NCBI GenBank assembly: GCA_002104905.1
Contig: MCFE01000229.1
Span: 57,435 to 121,434 of the forward strand
Length of the DNA: 64,000 nucleotides
Direction: 5' to 3'
From: Basidiobolus meristosporus CBS 931.73
Taxonomy: Eukaryota; Fungi; Basidiobolomycota
Each line of letters begins with the position of its first letter. The first letter of the stretch is position 1. Of this stretch, positions 52,277 to 63,145 are shown piece by piece. The position numbers were made by a program, and so were the translations under genes. The notes under the pieces are model-generated. The model did no database searches, was not told the DNA's origin, and was given only the letters and a program-made list of their open reading frames with translations.

Positions 52277-54955
52277 TGTTGTGCATCAACATTTAAAACT
52301 TGGCCAATTTCACTCTGTTAGAAAATCTAGTACCCTAACTGATTTTCCCTACCCCAAACATAACTAATCCCTTTTATGGTATATTTTATCACTTCTCAGA
52401 ATTTATTTTTAGCTTTCACACCTGATCAATTTTCATCTGGTCATTACATCCTCAACTGATCTGCTAAGCCTTTCCAAGTGATTAATCATCTGAGATTTAT
52501 CTAACCACTTAGCAATTGCTAAGACATCAGCTGATTAATGATGCAATTTTTCATTTACCTTATGCACCTATCAACACCCCAACAGATTTCAATTAGTCCA
52601 GTCTCTTGGCACTTACTAATGCAACTCAATCAGAAAAGTATAAATAAAGTTTACTGAACCTTTTGGTTTAGTGTGTGTCTCAACAAAATTAAGAATTCAA
52701 CAAATCCATTCTAGCTTCTACCCAAGCTTAGCATATCTAGCACTCTCAAGAACACCAAGCCTAGCCTGCATAGCAAACCTACTCTGTTGCCTTTATAGCC
52801 CAACTCAGCTATATATAAGACCAACATTAGACCAGAACCTCTCTGCTAATAATTTTGTCACTCTTGACAATTCTGAGATTTTGCACTTAGTTGTCACTTA
52901 GGTTCAGTTAACTCATTCAAGAGTTTTATTACACTTTTCTCTTGGATACAACATTTTTTTGTCAAATTCCATTACATTCAACCGCATTACAATATGTCCT
53001 CAGTAGCAAGCAATCCAAATCTTTCCATGTTGGAAGAAGCCTGCAGAAATCAGGAAGAACTAACTGAACAGCTTGAAGACATCATGCATGAAAGAAACAC
53101 TTTGATGCTTGAACACTCAAAGCTTGCCAAGACAAGATCTGACAATCATTGTAGAGATGAACTTCTTGAAGTTATTTCTGGTTACCAAGATGAAATTGGA
53201 ATTACCAAAGAAGCCCTGGAGAATATTGCCATTGTATTTGACAGCATTGAAAATCCACCAAGCCTTGCTCTGCATCAGCCACCAAGAAGTCATGTCTTTG
53301 GATCCTCCAGATCTACATCGCCCTCTAGACCTACCCCGGTGGTTGTCCCAAGATCCTTGCCTCTTTATGCTGAAGGGGCCAATGCCATAGAGAATGCTAC
53401 TTAGTATCTTTACAAGTTTAGTCATATCTTGGCTGCACATCAGCTAGACCCTGGCACCAATTGGGCTAGACTTCTGCCTCTCTGTCTCACCATGCAAGAT
53501 GCTGACTGGGCTGAGGTGAACGTTCCTTCCAATAGTACATGGAAAGTTGCCCAGAACCTCTTTTGTGGACATTTTGAAGATCCCATCAAGAAAGCACATC
53601 TAAACTGCAACTTATGGAAAACTAAAATGTAAAAAGGTGAAGCTGTACAACATTTCTGTGATAGATTCCAGAGGCAAATGAGACAAGCTGGAGTTAGTGA
53701 TGACAATTGATTGCTTACTTCTCATTTTCTTTCAAAATTCTCAGTCCAGCTACAGAGCAACATTGCTATTGTCAAAGCAAGCAACCCTGCATGTACCTAT
53801 GACAGAATCTCAGAGATATATATACTTGCAATGACCATGACTGCAGCTGTTAGCCAGGCTTCAGGCAACTCCATTCCAGATGCAGCAACAATCAAAAAAG
53901 AGAGCAGTTATATGACTAAGAAGAAGTCAACTGCTAGCAAGCATTGTGAGTTTCATAGAAGATGTTATCATTCTACCAGTGAGGGCAAAGGCATCACCAA
54001 GCAGTCAAACAAGTCCGGATACATGTCAGAGAAGCAGCAAAACACCAAAACTGATAATCCATATGCTGATGACAAATGCTTTAAATGTGGAAAGATGGGA
54101 CATAGATCACCTGCCTGTCCTGAGTAGAACTCTACACCATTGGCAAAAATTACTCTGATTCTGGATGATCATTCAACCAATGATATGACAGGGAATGAGG
54201 AAGCATATGAAGAACTTATAGCTCAAGATTATTACAACCTCTTTGAAATTCCGGCTAAAATTGCAACTGTTCAAGAAAAGAAGAAAGCAATTGTGCAGCT
54301 AAAAGCTATAGAGGTGCCACTCAAACTCAATGGCCAATCATATGCAGCACTATTGGATACTGGATCATCCAACTCTATTGTATCACCTAATGTGGTCAAA
54401 GAACTCAAATTGGCAACAGAAAAGCAACCAGGAACAATCATACTTGTGGCTAAGGACCTCTCAGCCCCAAGAATTGGTATCACCAGCCCAATCAGCATAC
54501 ATTGTGGTTCAATAACTATAATCCATCAGATGGAAGTAATTGACATTCCAGATGGACCTCAAGTACTCATTGGTCTAGACACCTTCACCAAACTTGGCTT
54601 TCATATAGGTGGACTACCAGTCTCATATCCTGCAATCACCAAGTCTCAGCCACCCAAAATGGATCAGATTCCAGAGATTATCTCTCCCCATTTGGAAGCA
54701 GAGGAGTCAACTCCAACTTTTCAAGCATAATCAATCAATCAAATTGGAAATGCAGCTGGTCATAGAAAGAAGCCAAGCCATTCCCAGGAACAGTTTCTGC
54801 ACTATTTTAGAATCCATTGTTACACTAGAAACCCCACCTGGTGAGTCAACATGGAGGAGGCAATACCCAATTCTGCATTCTTGTCAAGACTTGGTTGATG
54901 AAATAGTCCAAAAGTGGGCTGACAATGGAATCATCACTCAAGCCCCTGTCAGTAC
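52277..54955 (+). mobile_element. Ty3/gypsy element copy 1: 5' LTR (52277-52953) plus decayed gag-protease-RT start
   Basis: LTR TGTTGTGCATC..GGATACAACA. Fragments 52994-54730 carry CFKCGKMGHRSPAC and ALLDTGS and are homologous to 59338..63138. Interrupted at 54956 by a copia LTR. Confidence 0.92.
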
Positions 54956-55322
54956 TGTTGTAAGAGTCTTGGAGATATTGGAAGTGACTGGGAGGACAAG
55001 TAGATTATGTGGTTTTCACTTAATGATTTATTGAATGTAAAAGTAGTATTTATACTTTTACATGGTCTTGGCATAAAAAAAAAGAGTAGATTAAGGAAGG
55101 TCCCAAGAGTATGTGTGCAAAGTTTGGGGCTGTTTGGTCAACTTTGAGAATTTTCATGTTCTGGGTACCTGGTATTTTGGTGAAAATATTCTAAGTAAAT
55201 CCCAACAAGGAATTTGGTCAGTATTCTCTAGGATATGAAGGTAATGATCTAAGTGACTAAGTTAGGTCAATATTTATGTGGAAATGCAAACTTTTACAAC
55301 ACTCCCACTCAGCTAAATGCTC
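54956..55322 (-). mobile_element. Copia 3' LTR (54956-55301) plus PPT and only ~21 bp of internal sequence
   Basis: Reverse complement of the copia LTR followed by CTCCCACTCAGCTAAATGCTC, the reverse complement of the pol end and PPT seen at 10372-10393. Truncated at 55322. Confidence 0.92.
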
Positions 55323-55410
55323 TTAGGGGAGGGAAAGTCACCAAGTTGGTGAAATCTTTATTTGAGTTAAGAACTAATCTAAGTACAAATAAAGAAGCCA
55401 ATTAAGAGGT

Positions 55411-58260
55411 CTAGAACCTCTCTAATAAGTAATCTAATCTATGTTTTGTTTCATCTCTAATGTGTGTTTCAATAAAGTAAAGCTCATCAGGGGTAAATAT
55501 AAAATTCAGGGGTTTTGGGGGAAGTACAAATTGTAGATGTTTCTGATCAATATAATCCAAGACTGGAACCCAGCCTGGGATTAGGTGTAGTAGGAAAGGT
55601 GTGTGGACTTGTAAGTAGCTCTGCCACATAGATCTTAGAAGGTCCTGAGCCAGTAGTCTTGGTTTCTCAGCTTTTTGAAGTTTTGAAGCAAGCTCTGTTA
55701 CTACAGCAGAGCCAACCAGGGTGTGCCAGCAAGAAGATTTCAGGGAGGAGTTAGATTGAAACCATTGTTTGATGGAGGGGTTATGTGATTTCTGAAGTTT
55801 GACTAGGAAGGAAGCCCGGAGATAGATCATTCGGATTTGGTATGGGTAGAACCCAAAGGCTCCATTAGTTGCATGGATATAGGGAGATACTGGAAGATAA
55901 GGTACCAAGGATCTGATACACTGATGGAGAAATTTATCCAGGCGGTGAAGTTCTCTGGAGGTAAGGGGTATAATGTGGAGACCAAATTCAAGTACCAGCA
56001 GTACATACTGCTTCAGAAGTATAGGGATCTTTTGAATTGGAGTGTCTGGAGTGACTACTACCAGAAGCTTTTTGAGAGCCTGTTGGGCAAGACAGATCCT
56101 ATTATTCAGGTGGAGCTTTGTGTCAATCCCATGTTGACAAAACGGCAGACCTAGATATATTGCAGTTTGTTGTGGCAGAATGCTAGTGTTCTGTATAGTT
56201 GTAGTGCATCCAATTGGGACTGTCTTGGAAATTGAGAGTGAGAGGTTGTTGGCAGCCAAGTACTTCTCAATGATGGCAGTGTCTGCTATGGGATTTGGAG
56301 TAGCAATCTTGATATCATCTGCATAGAGAGTTAGTAGTGGATAGGGAGAGTCTGGTGAGGGGCCTTTCGGAAATAAAGGAAAGTCATGTAGGAATATCAC
56401 AAATAATAAGGGACCTAGTACAGATCCTTGGACTACTCCATTTGGAACCTCATAAGTCTCTGATGTACAACTTGGATGCAAAATTTTGGCTGAGTTCTCA
56501 CAAAATAGAGAACGTACAAGAAGGGTCATTGGTAGTGTGGTAACAGCTAATAGCTTTCTCCAAAGCAGAGCTCTGTCCACAGAGTCAAAGGCTTTAGTAA
56601 TGTCAAACAGAATGGTTGGCAATGAGAATTGAAGTGAATGATCATGGCTTAGCACTACAGCCATATCCAAGGAGAGTTTGGGCAAGAAGCCAAACTGAGA
56701 AGGATGGAATGGATATAGTTGAGATTGCAAGGATCTTGCTATTATAAGCTCAAAGATTTTCCGGCAGGTTGGTAGGAGTGAAACTGGCCGGTAAGAACCT
56801 GGGAGTGAGTGTTTCCCCTTCCCTTTGTATAAGGGTATTACATTTGCCTGTGACCAGGCCTTTGGGGTAGTCAATTGTTGGGCACAGATAGAGTAGAATA
56901 GGAGAAGTAAGTGACTCATTTTGGAGTAGCACACCCGGAGTAGATTGTAGGTAATCAAGTCATGTCCAGGTGCAGTATTTGCAGGAAGCTTCTTTAAAAT
57001 TTTCTCCAGAAGCTTTGCTGAAACCACAATTGGAGATGTTGTACTGCTAGATATGTCACCAGTATGGTAGAAAGGAGGAGTGGGATGCACGGTTGAATCA
57101 AAGAATATAGGGGCCAGTTTGTCTGGTGATGGTATACTTCTTGCTTGGGGTCTCATGGCTTTGTATACTCTTGATATGGACCTTGTGGTGGCATTCATAT
57201 TTACTAAGGGCAAGGTATCCATGATATGAGCCCATAATCTAGTATGCTCAGTGATCTGTAGTGACTTGGAGTAGGAGATTGCGCTTTCCAGGAGGTTCTG
57301 TGTTTTTGGGTTAGGGAAACATAGGTAGCTGGAATTTAAGGCAGAAATGATGGATTTCCATTTAAGTTGGTTTGCAGATGGCTTTTGGTAGGACTTGGTG
57401 GGCAGGGCCAGACAGCCAGTGATTATGATGAAATGCTGGTAAAATAGCCATAATGCATTTACATCATCACAAATCCATGCAGGTAAGCTGGGAAATGCAT
57501 ATTCTGTAAGCAAGGATAGGTAGTTGGCAAAGTCCTGTGTCTGTGATACTGAAGCTTTGGCTGGCACGATTGTAAATGGCTGAAGAAGGGTGCCAATTGG
57601 TAGGGTTTTTCTGGCAGAAATGATAATATGTATTGGCTTGTGATCAGATTTCTCTAGTGAACCACAGCTGATATCCTCTGGAATGCTTGTAACCTGGTGG
57701 ATGTACTGTAAGGCAGCTGGAGTGGCTGTTACCCAGTCAACACAACGTTGAGCTTGCTGAGTGTTTACAGTGACCAGATGGTTTTGTTGTAGGAACTTTG
57801 TAAAGTGCTCCTCTTGGGTTCTAAGTCTGGATGAAATAGTGGTGATATTTTCAGGGTGGGGAATATTTATATCTCCCACTACCATACAAGGGATTGATGA
57901 GCTGTTAATGAATTCTGATGTGGCCAAGAAAATTGCCAGTGTTATGGAGTTAGACAGAGATGGAGGGAGATAGATAATAATGGCTACTATAGTTGTAAGT
58001 GTTAGAGCATAGCAGTAATATTCATATATGATGGATACATTTGCTGAGGGTGCAAGCTTAGAAGATGAAAGAGCAACAAGTGCCATTGAGTGAGCTGGAA
58101 ATTTTGGGTGAGCAGATGAATATGCATTCAGTCTAGAGGGAAGTTTTGGCAACTTAACATCAATTAGTAGTAGCAAGGAATATTCCTTTTTCAGTAAGTT
58201 TTCTAATTCAGCTACAGTTGGAGTGATGGAGTTGCAATTGAGTAAGAGTATGTTCTGTAG
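55411..58260 (-). CDS. LINE ORF2: APE-type endonuclease and reverse transcriptase, 949 codons with no upstream in-frame ATG
   Basis: Endonuclease motifs LNCNS, IYLPP, GDIN, VDW and SDHKPI. RT motifs APGHD, YRPVSLL, QFGF, DITKAFD, QGSVLGPLLF, YADD and YLG. The frame is open from the ORF1 stop to TAG at 55411. Confidence 0.92.
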   Translation of the reverse strand, partial: LQNILLLNCNSITPTVAELENLLKKEYSLLLLIDVKLPKLPSRLNAYSSAHPKFPAHSMALVALSSSKLAPSANVSIIYEYYCYALTLTTIVAIIIYLPPSLSNSITLAIFLATSEFINSSSIPCMVVGDINIPHPENITTISSRLRTQEEHFTKFLQQNHLVTVNTQQAQRCVDWVTATPAALQYIHQVTSIPEDISCGSLEKSDHKPIHIIISARKTLPIGTLLQPFTIVPAKASVSQTQDFANYLSLLTEYAFPSLPAWICDDVNALWLFYQHFIIITGCLALPTKSYQKPSANQLKWKSIISALNSSYLCFPNPKTQNLLESAISYSKSLQITEHTRLWAHIMDTLPLVNMNATTRSISRVYKAMRPQARSIPSPDKLAPIFFDSTVHPTPPFYHTGDISSSTTSPIVVSAKLLEKILKKLPANTAPGHDLITYNLLRVCYSKMSHLLLLFYSICAQQLTTPKAWSQANVIPLYKGKGKHSLPGSYRPVSLLPTCRKIFELIIARSLQSQLYPFHPSQFGFLPKLSLDMAVVLSHDHSLQFSLPTILFDITKAFDSVDRALLWRKLLAVTTLPMTLLVRSLFCENSAKILHPSCTSETYEVPNGVVQGSVLGPLLFVIFLHDFPLFPKGPSPDSPYPLLTLYADDIKIATPNPIADTAIIEKYLAANNLSLSISKTVPIGCTTTIQNTSILPQQTAIYLGLPFCQHGIDTKLHLNNRICLAQQALKKLLVVVTPDTPIQKIPILLKQYVLLVLEFGLHIIPLTSRELHRLDKFLHQCIRSLVPYLPVSPYIHATNGAFGFYPYQIRMIYLRASFLVKLQKSHNPSIKQWFQSNSSLKSSCWHTLVGSAVVTELASKLQKAEKPRLLAQDLLRSMWQSYLQVHTPFLLHLIPGWVPVLDYIDQKHLQFVLPPKPLNFIFTPDELYFIETHIRDETKHRLDYLLERF

Positions 58261-58640
58261 TCAGGCAAACTCTGAGGTTGCCTGTTCCTGCTGAAACTCT
58301 TGCACTGCCCTTTGTAAATTTCCAGAATTATTCCACAACTCTTCAAATGGAGCTTGCGTAATGTCTTTCAGGATTCTAATTGCTTTCTCTTTCAAGAAGT
58401 AGGCCACATCATAGGTTGGAGCTTGTTTCTTAATGGCAGCAAAGAAAGCCATAACTGCCATGTGAGCTGGGGGCTTGTTGAATATTCCTGGCTCAGTGTC
58501 CATTGACTCTGGTGGAATGATTGTGAATTTGGTAGGCACCCAGTTTAGATTTTTTGCCAGATACTTAGTCAATGCAGTGGAGAAGTCTCTGTCTACAATC
58601 ATTTCTAGGATCTTTCCTCTTCTCCAAGCTAGGTTAACAA
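58261..58640 (-). CDS. LINE ORF1 C-terminal remnant
   Basis: The frame is open from the gypsy LTR junction (VNLAWRRGKILEMIVDRDF...) to TGA at 58261-58263, in the same frame as ORF2. Confidence 0.7.
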
Positions 58641-61600
58641 TGTTGTATCCAAGAGAAAGTGTAATAAAACTCTTGAATGGTTTAACTGAACCAAAGGGAC
58701 AATTAAGTGCAGAATCTTAGAATTGTCAGAGAGTGGCGGAAATATTAGCAGAAAGATTCTGATCTAATATTGGTCTTGGATATAGCTGGGTTGGCTATAA
58801 AGGCAATGATATTTATTTGCTAGGCAGGCTAGGCTTGGTGTTCTTTGGAGTGCTAGATATACTAGGCTTGGATAGAAACTAGAACGGAATTGTTGGATTC
58901 TTATTTTTGCTGAGACAGAATCTTAATTTCGTTGAGACACACACTAAACCAAAAGGTTCAGTAAACTTTATTTATACTTTTCTGATCAAGTTGAATTAGT
59001 CAGCGCCAAGGGACTGGATTGATTGAAATCAATTTGGGTGTTCATAGGTGCATAAGATAAATGAAAATTACATCATCAATCAACTGATGTCTTGGCAACT
59101 GCACAGTGGTTGGATAGATCTCAGATGACTAATCACCTGGGAAGGCTTGGCAGATAGGTTGATAACGTAATGACCATTTGAAAATAGATCAGGTGTGATA
59201 GCTAAAAATAGATTCTGAGGTGGGATAAAATAAACTGTAACTGGGATTTGTTATGTTTGGGTTAGGGAAAATCAGTTAGGGTACTAGATTTTCAAACGGA
59301 GTAAAATTGGCTAAGTTTTAAATGTTGATGCACAACATCACTTCCTTCCGGAAGAGGAGTTTTTTGATACCTTCTGGGTTCCTCTGCGGCTCCAATACTG
59401 ATTAATAATGGCAACATCATCAAAGTTGGTGTAAGGTTCCCAGGTGTTGTGTTTGGCATCATAGCCTTTCCACTTGACTAAATAAAGGCAATTTGGTTCT
59501 TCTCCATCATGGTCCACAATAGCTTCAACTTCATAGGATTCCAAAGTTACTGGGTCTTGAGAAATAAGTTTGAGTGAAGAAGGTGGAAAGTTTTTGGGTA
59601 GCAGTGCTCCAGTGTTATCCTGAAGTACATAAGATCCTCCAGTAGTGCGTCTGACAACCTTGAATGGTCCTTCATACTTGGGGTCAAGCTTAGATTGCCG
59701 GATTGGATCTAGTGTCATGACATATGACCCATCTGGGAAGCTGCTGTTCCTGTGTCTTGAGGCATACGTTGAAGTCATCTTTTGCTGAGAGGCCTTACTT
59801 CTGGCACTGATAGCAGGGTAGACAATGTTGGTAAGGTACTCAAGCCGGTTCTTTAGCTTATCTGTATTCAAACTTGCTAACTCTGTATTCTGGTAGTCTC
59901 CAAAGTGGTTGTATCTTCTTCCAAACATCAAGGAAAATGGTGTTGATCCATGTAGAGTGGCAATTTTGGTGTTGATAGCATACTGTACAGTTGGAACGTA
60001 CTTGTCCCAATTCTTCTTGATACCTTTGATAGATTTCCTGATGATGTTCACTGAGGTCTGAACATGTCTTTCAGCCAGTCCATTAGCTTTGGGATGATAT
60101 GGAGTGATCAGACGGTGATCAATGGCGCTATTCTGGCAAAGGGCTTTGATCACGTGATTCACAAATTCTGTTCCATTATCCGATTGAATGACCTTAGGGA
60201 ATCCAAAAAGGCAGAAGAGCTTGAATAGTTCTTGTGCAATAGTGGCAGCATACTTGTCTGGGATAGCTTTGAGGAAGACAAAACGTGTGCAGACATCCAC
60301 AATTACAAAGAGGTAGTGATTACCATCATTACTAGTGGTGAAAGGTCCAGCTAGATCAATTGCAATATGATCCATAGGAAGGCTTGCATGGATGGGGCTC
60401 AAAGGGTGAAATCCATGGCGGCTGATATTGTAAAGTTGACATTCTCTGCACAACTTGACAAATTCTAAGCAGTCAACTTTGATATTTGGCCAGTGATATC
60501 CATCAGAGTGTAGCTTCTTCATAAGTGTGTCAGCTCCAAAGTGGCCAAGTAAATGACTCCTCTGTATCAATGTTTTCCTTTGTTCTTCAGGTGGGATTTT
60601 CCAAGTTGCTGAATCCAGCTGAGGAATTATTTTGGAAGTTGTAGAGAGTTTACTGATTACATCAGTAATCACATGTCCCTCCCAAGGTGAAGTTGGAAAA
60701 AGTCTTGACAGGTGGTCAGGAAGGATGTTGAGAATTCCTGGGCAATGAATAACTGTATATTCATAATCAAGTAGAGTATCAAGCCAGTTGGTAAGCATTG
60801 GAGTCAGAGTCTTCTGAGTGTGGATATAGACAAGGGCTCGGTGGTCAGTGTACAAGGTAAAAGGATTACCCCATAGATACTGATGAAACTTCTTCAACGC
60901 AAAGACTATGGCAAGTAGCTCCTTCTTGGTAGCAGAGTAGTTTCTCTCAGCAGGTTGTAGGGACCTGGCTTGGAAAGAGATCCAGTGAGGCGGATTTTGG
61001 TCTTCATCTTGATAGAGGACTGCCCCTAACCCAACATTAGATGCATCCGTAGCAACAATAAAGGGCTTAGTAAAGTCTGGGTAGGATAAGGTGGGTGCTT
61101 GTGGAAGCAGTTGGCAGAGTGACTCAAAGGCTTGGTCATGAGTCTTGTTCCAGGCTGAGGTGAGATCCGGGCTATGGCGTAATGCATCTAAAGGGGCACT
61201 CAATGAGGACATGAGTGGTATGTGTTCCCTGAAATAGTTGAATACTCCAAGATAATGTTGAAGTTGCTTGGCGCTAGTGGGTTTTGGCCATTCTGGGATA
61301 TTGACCAGTTTGAAAGGATCTAATTGGTGGCCAGCTGGTGTGACTATAAATCCAAGTAGATTGATTTTGAGGCGGGCAAAACTGCACTTTTCAGCATTGA
61401 GAATCAGTCCAGCAGTTGTCAGTCTGTTGATTACATCAGTGACATGGGTTGCATGATCATCACGGTTAGTGGAGAATATGATGACATCATCAACAAATAC
61501 CAATGCGTATGGTGCATTCTTGAGTATTATAGTCATGACTCTCTGAAACTTGCTGGTAAGTGTCTTTAGGCCAAAGGGAGCTCCCTGAAACATCCATTGC

Positions 61601-63145
61601 ATATTATTCCAAGTAAAGGCAGTCTTATGCTGATGATTAGGGTGGATCTGGAATCGGTGATATGCATCCTTCAAGTCCAACTTGGAGAATACTTTTGCTC
61701 CTGATAGTGCGGAAAAGATATCTTGGATTCTTGGAATTGGAAACTTGTCATCTTGGAGAAGCTTGTTCAGAGGTCTGGGGTCCAAACAGGGTCTCTTCAG
61801 GGTTAGATTTCCATCAGCATCTTTCTTTGGTGCAAGCGTCAAAGGGCTGTTGAATGTTGTGTTGACAGGGGCTTGAGTGATAATCCCATTGTCAGCCCAT
61901 TTTTGGACTATCTCATCAACTAAGTGTTGACATGAATGCGGAATTGGGTATTGCCTCCTCCATGTTGACTCACCAGGTGGGGTCTCTAGTGTAACAATGG
62001 ACTCTGGGATGGTGCAGAAGCTGTTCCTTGGAATGGCCTGATTTCTCTCTATGGCCGGCTGAATATCTAATTTGACTGATTGAGAATATTCTTGAAAAGT
62101 TGGGGTTAACTCTTCTTCTTCCGGTTGGGATGAGATAATCTCTGGGATTTGATCCATTATGAGCGGCTGAGATTTAGTGATTCCTGGATAGGAAACCGGT
62201 AGTCCGCCTATGTGAAAGCCAAGTTTGGTGAAGGTGTCCAGACCAATGACTACCTGAGGTCCATCTGGTATGTCAATCACTTCCATCTGATGGATTATGG
62301 TTACTGAGCCACAATGTATGTTGATTGGGTTGGTAATGCCAATTCTTGGGGCTGAGAGATCCTTAGCTGCAAGAATGATTTTTCCTGGTCGTTTTTCTAT
62401 CTCCAAATTGAGTTCTCTGACTACATTGGGTGATACAATAGAGTTGGATGATCCAGTATCCAGTAGTGCTACGTATGATTGGCCATTGAGGGTGAGTGGC
62501 ACTTCTATGGCTTTGAGCTGTGTGATTGGTTGCTTCTTTTCTTGGACAGTTGCAATTTTAGCCGGAAACTCAAAGAGGTTGTGATAATCTTGAACTGTAA
62601 GTTCTTCATATGCTTCTTCATACCCCATTGTATCATTAGCTGAATGATCAACAAGGATCTGGGTAATTTTGGCTGACGGTGTGGAGTTCTTCTCAGGACA
62701 GGCAGGTGATCTATGTCCCCTATTTCCACATTTAAAGCACTTGTCATCAGCATATGGATTATCAGTTTTGGTGTTTTGCTGCTTTTCTGCGGTGTTTCCT
62801 GACTTGTTTGACTGCTTGGTGATGCCTTTGCATTCACTGGTAGAATGATAGCATTTTCCATGAAGCTCACAGTGCTTAGTAGCGGTTGACTGCTTCTTGG
62901 TCACATGACTGGTCTCTTTTCCGGCTGTTGTGGGGTATTGGGTTGAGCTGCCTGAAGTCTGGCTAACAGCTGCAGTCAAGGTGATTGCCAGTGTACATAT
63001 CTCTGAGATCTGGTCATAGGTACGTGCAGGGTTGCATGCTTTGACAATAGCAATATTGCTCTGTAGCTGGTGTGAAAAGTTTGAAAGAAAATGAGCAGTA
63101 AGCGATGGATTATCATCACTAACTCCAGCTAATCTCATTTGTCTT
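58641..63145 (-). mobile_element. Ty3/gypsy chromovirus copy 2: 3' LTR (58641-59337) and gag-pol, 5'-truncated
   Basis: LTR homologous to 52277-52953 and PPT GGAAGGAAGTGA. Homology to copy 1 stops at ~63145, inside gag. Confidence 0.95.
59338..63138 (-). CDS. Gypsy gag-pol with chromodomain, 1266 aa, N-terminally truncated
   Basis: CCHC knuckle, LDTGS protease, RT FVDD, RNase H ATDAS, integrase HHCC/DDE/GPF, and chromodomain YEVEAIVDH...YLVKWKGY...TWEP. Confidence 0.96.
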   Translation of the reverse strand: MRLAGVSDDNPSLTAHFLSNFSHQLQSNIAIVKACNPARTYDQISEICTLAITLTAAVSQTSGSSTQYPTTAGKETSHVTKKQSTATKHCELHGKCYHSTSECKGITKQSNKSGNTAEKQQNTKTDNPYADDKCFKCGNRGHRSPACPEKNSTPSAKITQILVDHSANDTMGYEEAYEELTVQDYHNLFEFPAKIATVQEKKQPITQLKAIEVPLTLNGQSYVALLDTGSSNSIVSPNVVRELNLEIEKRPGKIILAAKDLSAPRIGITNPINIHCGSVTIIHQMEVIDIPDGPQVVIGLDTFTKLGFHIGGLPVSYPGITKSQPLIMDQIPEIISSQPEEEELTPTFQEYSQSVKLDIQPAIERNQAIPRNSFCTIPESIVTLETPPGESTWRRQYPIPHSCQHLVDEIVQKWADNGIITQAPVNTTFNSPLTLAPKKDADGNLTLKRPCLDPRPLNKLLQDDKFPIPRIQDIFSALSGAKVFSKLDLKDAYHRFQIHPNHQHKTAFTWNNMQWMFQGAPFGLKTLTSKFQRVMTIILKNAPYALVFVDDVIIFSTNRDDHATHVTDVINRLTTAGLILNAEKCSFARLKINLLGFIVTPAGHQLDPFKLVNIPEWPKPTSAKQLQHYLGVFNYFREHIPLMSSLSAPLDALRHSPDLTSAWNKTHDQAFESLCQLLPQAPTLSYPDFTKPFIVATDASNVGLGAVLYQDEDQNPPHWISFQARSLQPAERNYSATKKELLAIVFALKKFHQYLWGNPFTLYTDHRALVYIHTQKTLTPMLTNWLDTLLDYEYTVIHCPGILNILPDHLSRLFPTSPWEGHVITDVISKLSTTSKIIPQLDSATWKIPPEEQRKTLIQRSHLLGHFGADTLMKKLHSDGYHWPNIKVDCLEFVKLCRECQLYNISRHGFHPLSPIHASLPMDHIAIDLAGPFTTSNDGNHYLFVIVDVCTRFVFLKAIPDKYAATIAQELFKLFCLFGFPKVIQSDNGTEFVNHVIKALCQNSAIDHRLITPYHPKANGLAERHVQTSVNIIRKSIKGIKKNWDKYVPTVQYAINTKIATLHGSTPFSLMFGRRYNHFGDYQNTELASLNTDKLKNRLEYLTNIVYPAISARSKASQQKMTSTYASRHRNSSFPDGSYVMTLDPIRQSKLDPKYEGPFKVVRRTTGGSYVLQDNTGALLPKNFPPSSLKLISQDPVTLESYEVEAIVDHDGEEPNCLYLVKWKGYDAKHNTWEPYTNFDDVAIINQYWSRRGTQKVSKNSSSGRK

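Larger units (their letters stand above)
55323..58640 (-). mobile_element. Non-LTR retrotransposon (APE endonuclease + RT), subfamily A, with a CCCTAA-terminated 3' end; 5' part lost
   Basis: ORF1 remnant, ORF2 and an ~88-nt 3' UTR ending AATAAAGATTTCACCAACTTGGTGACTTTCCCTCCCCTAA on the minus strand. Confidence 0.92.

Noticed and set aside
55460-55495. CUGAUGAG...GAAAC hammerhead-like core near the LINE 3' end (minus strand)
   Set aside because: Stem II cannot form, and the bases simply encode PDELYFIET in ORF2.
55323-58640. Classifying the element as Penelope-like (Coprina/Athena) or MoTeR/CRE
   Set aside because: It has an N-terminal APE domain and LINE-type RT motifs, and no C-terminal CCHC/RLE domain is visible.
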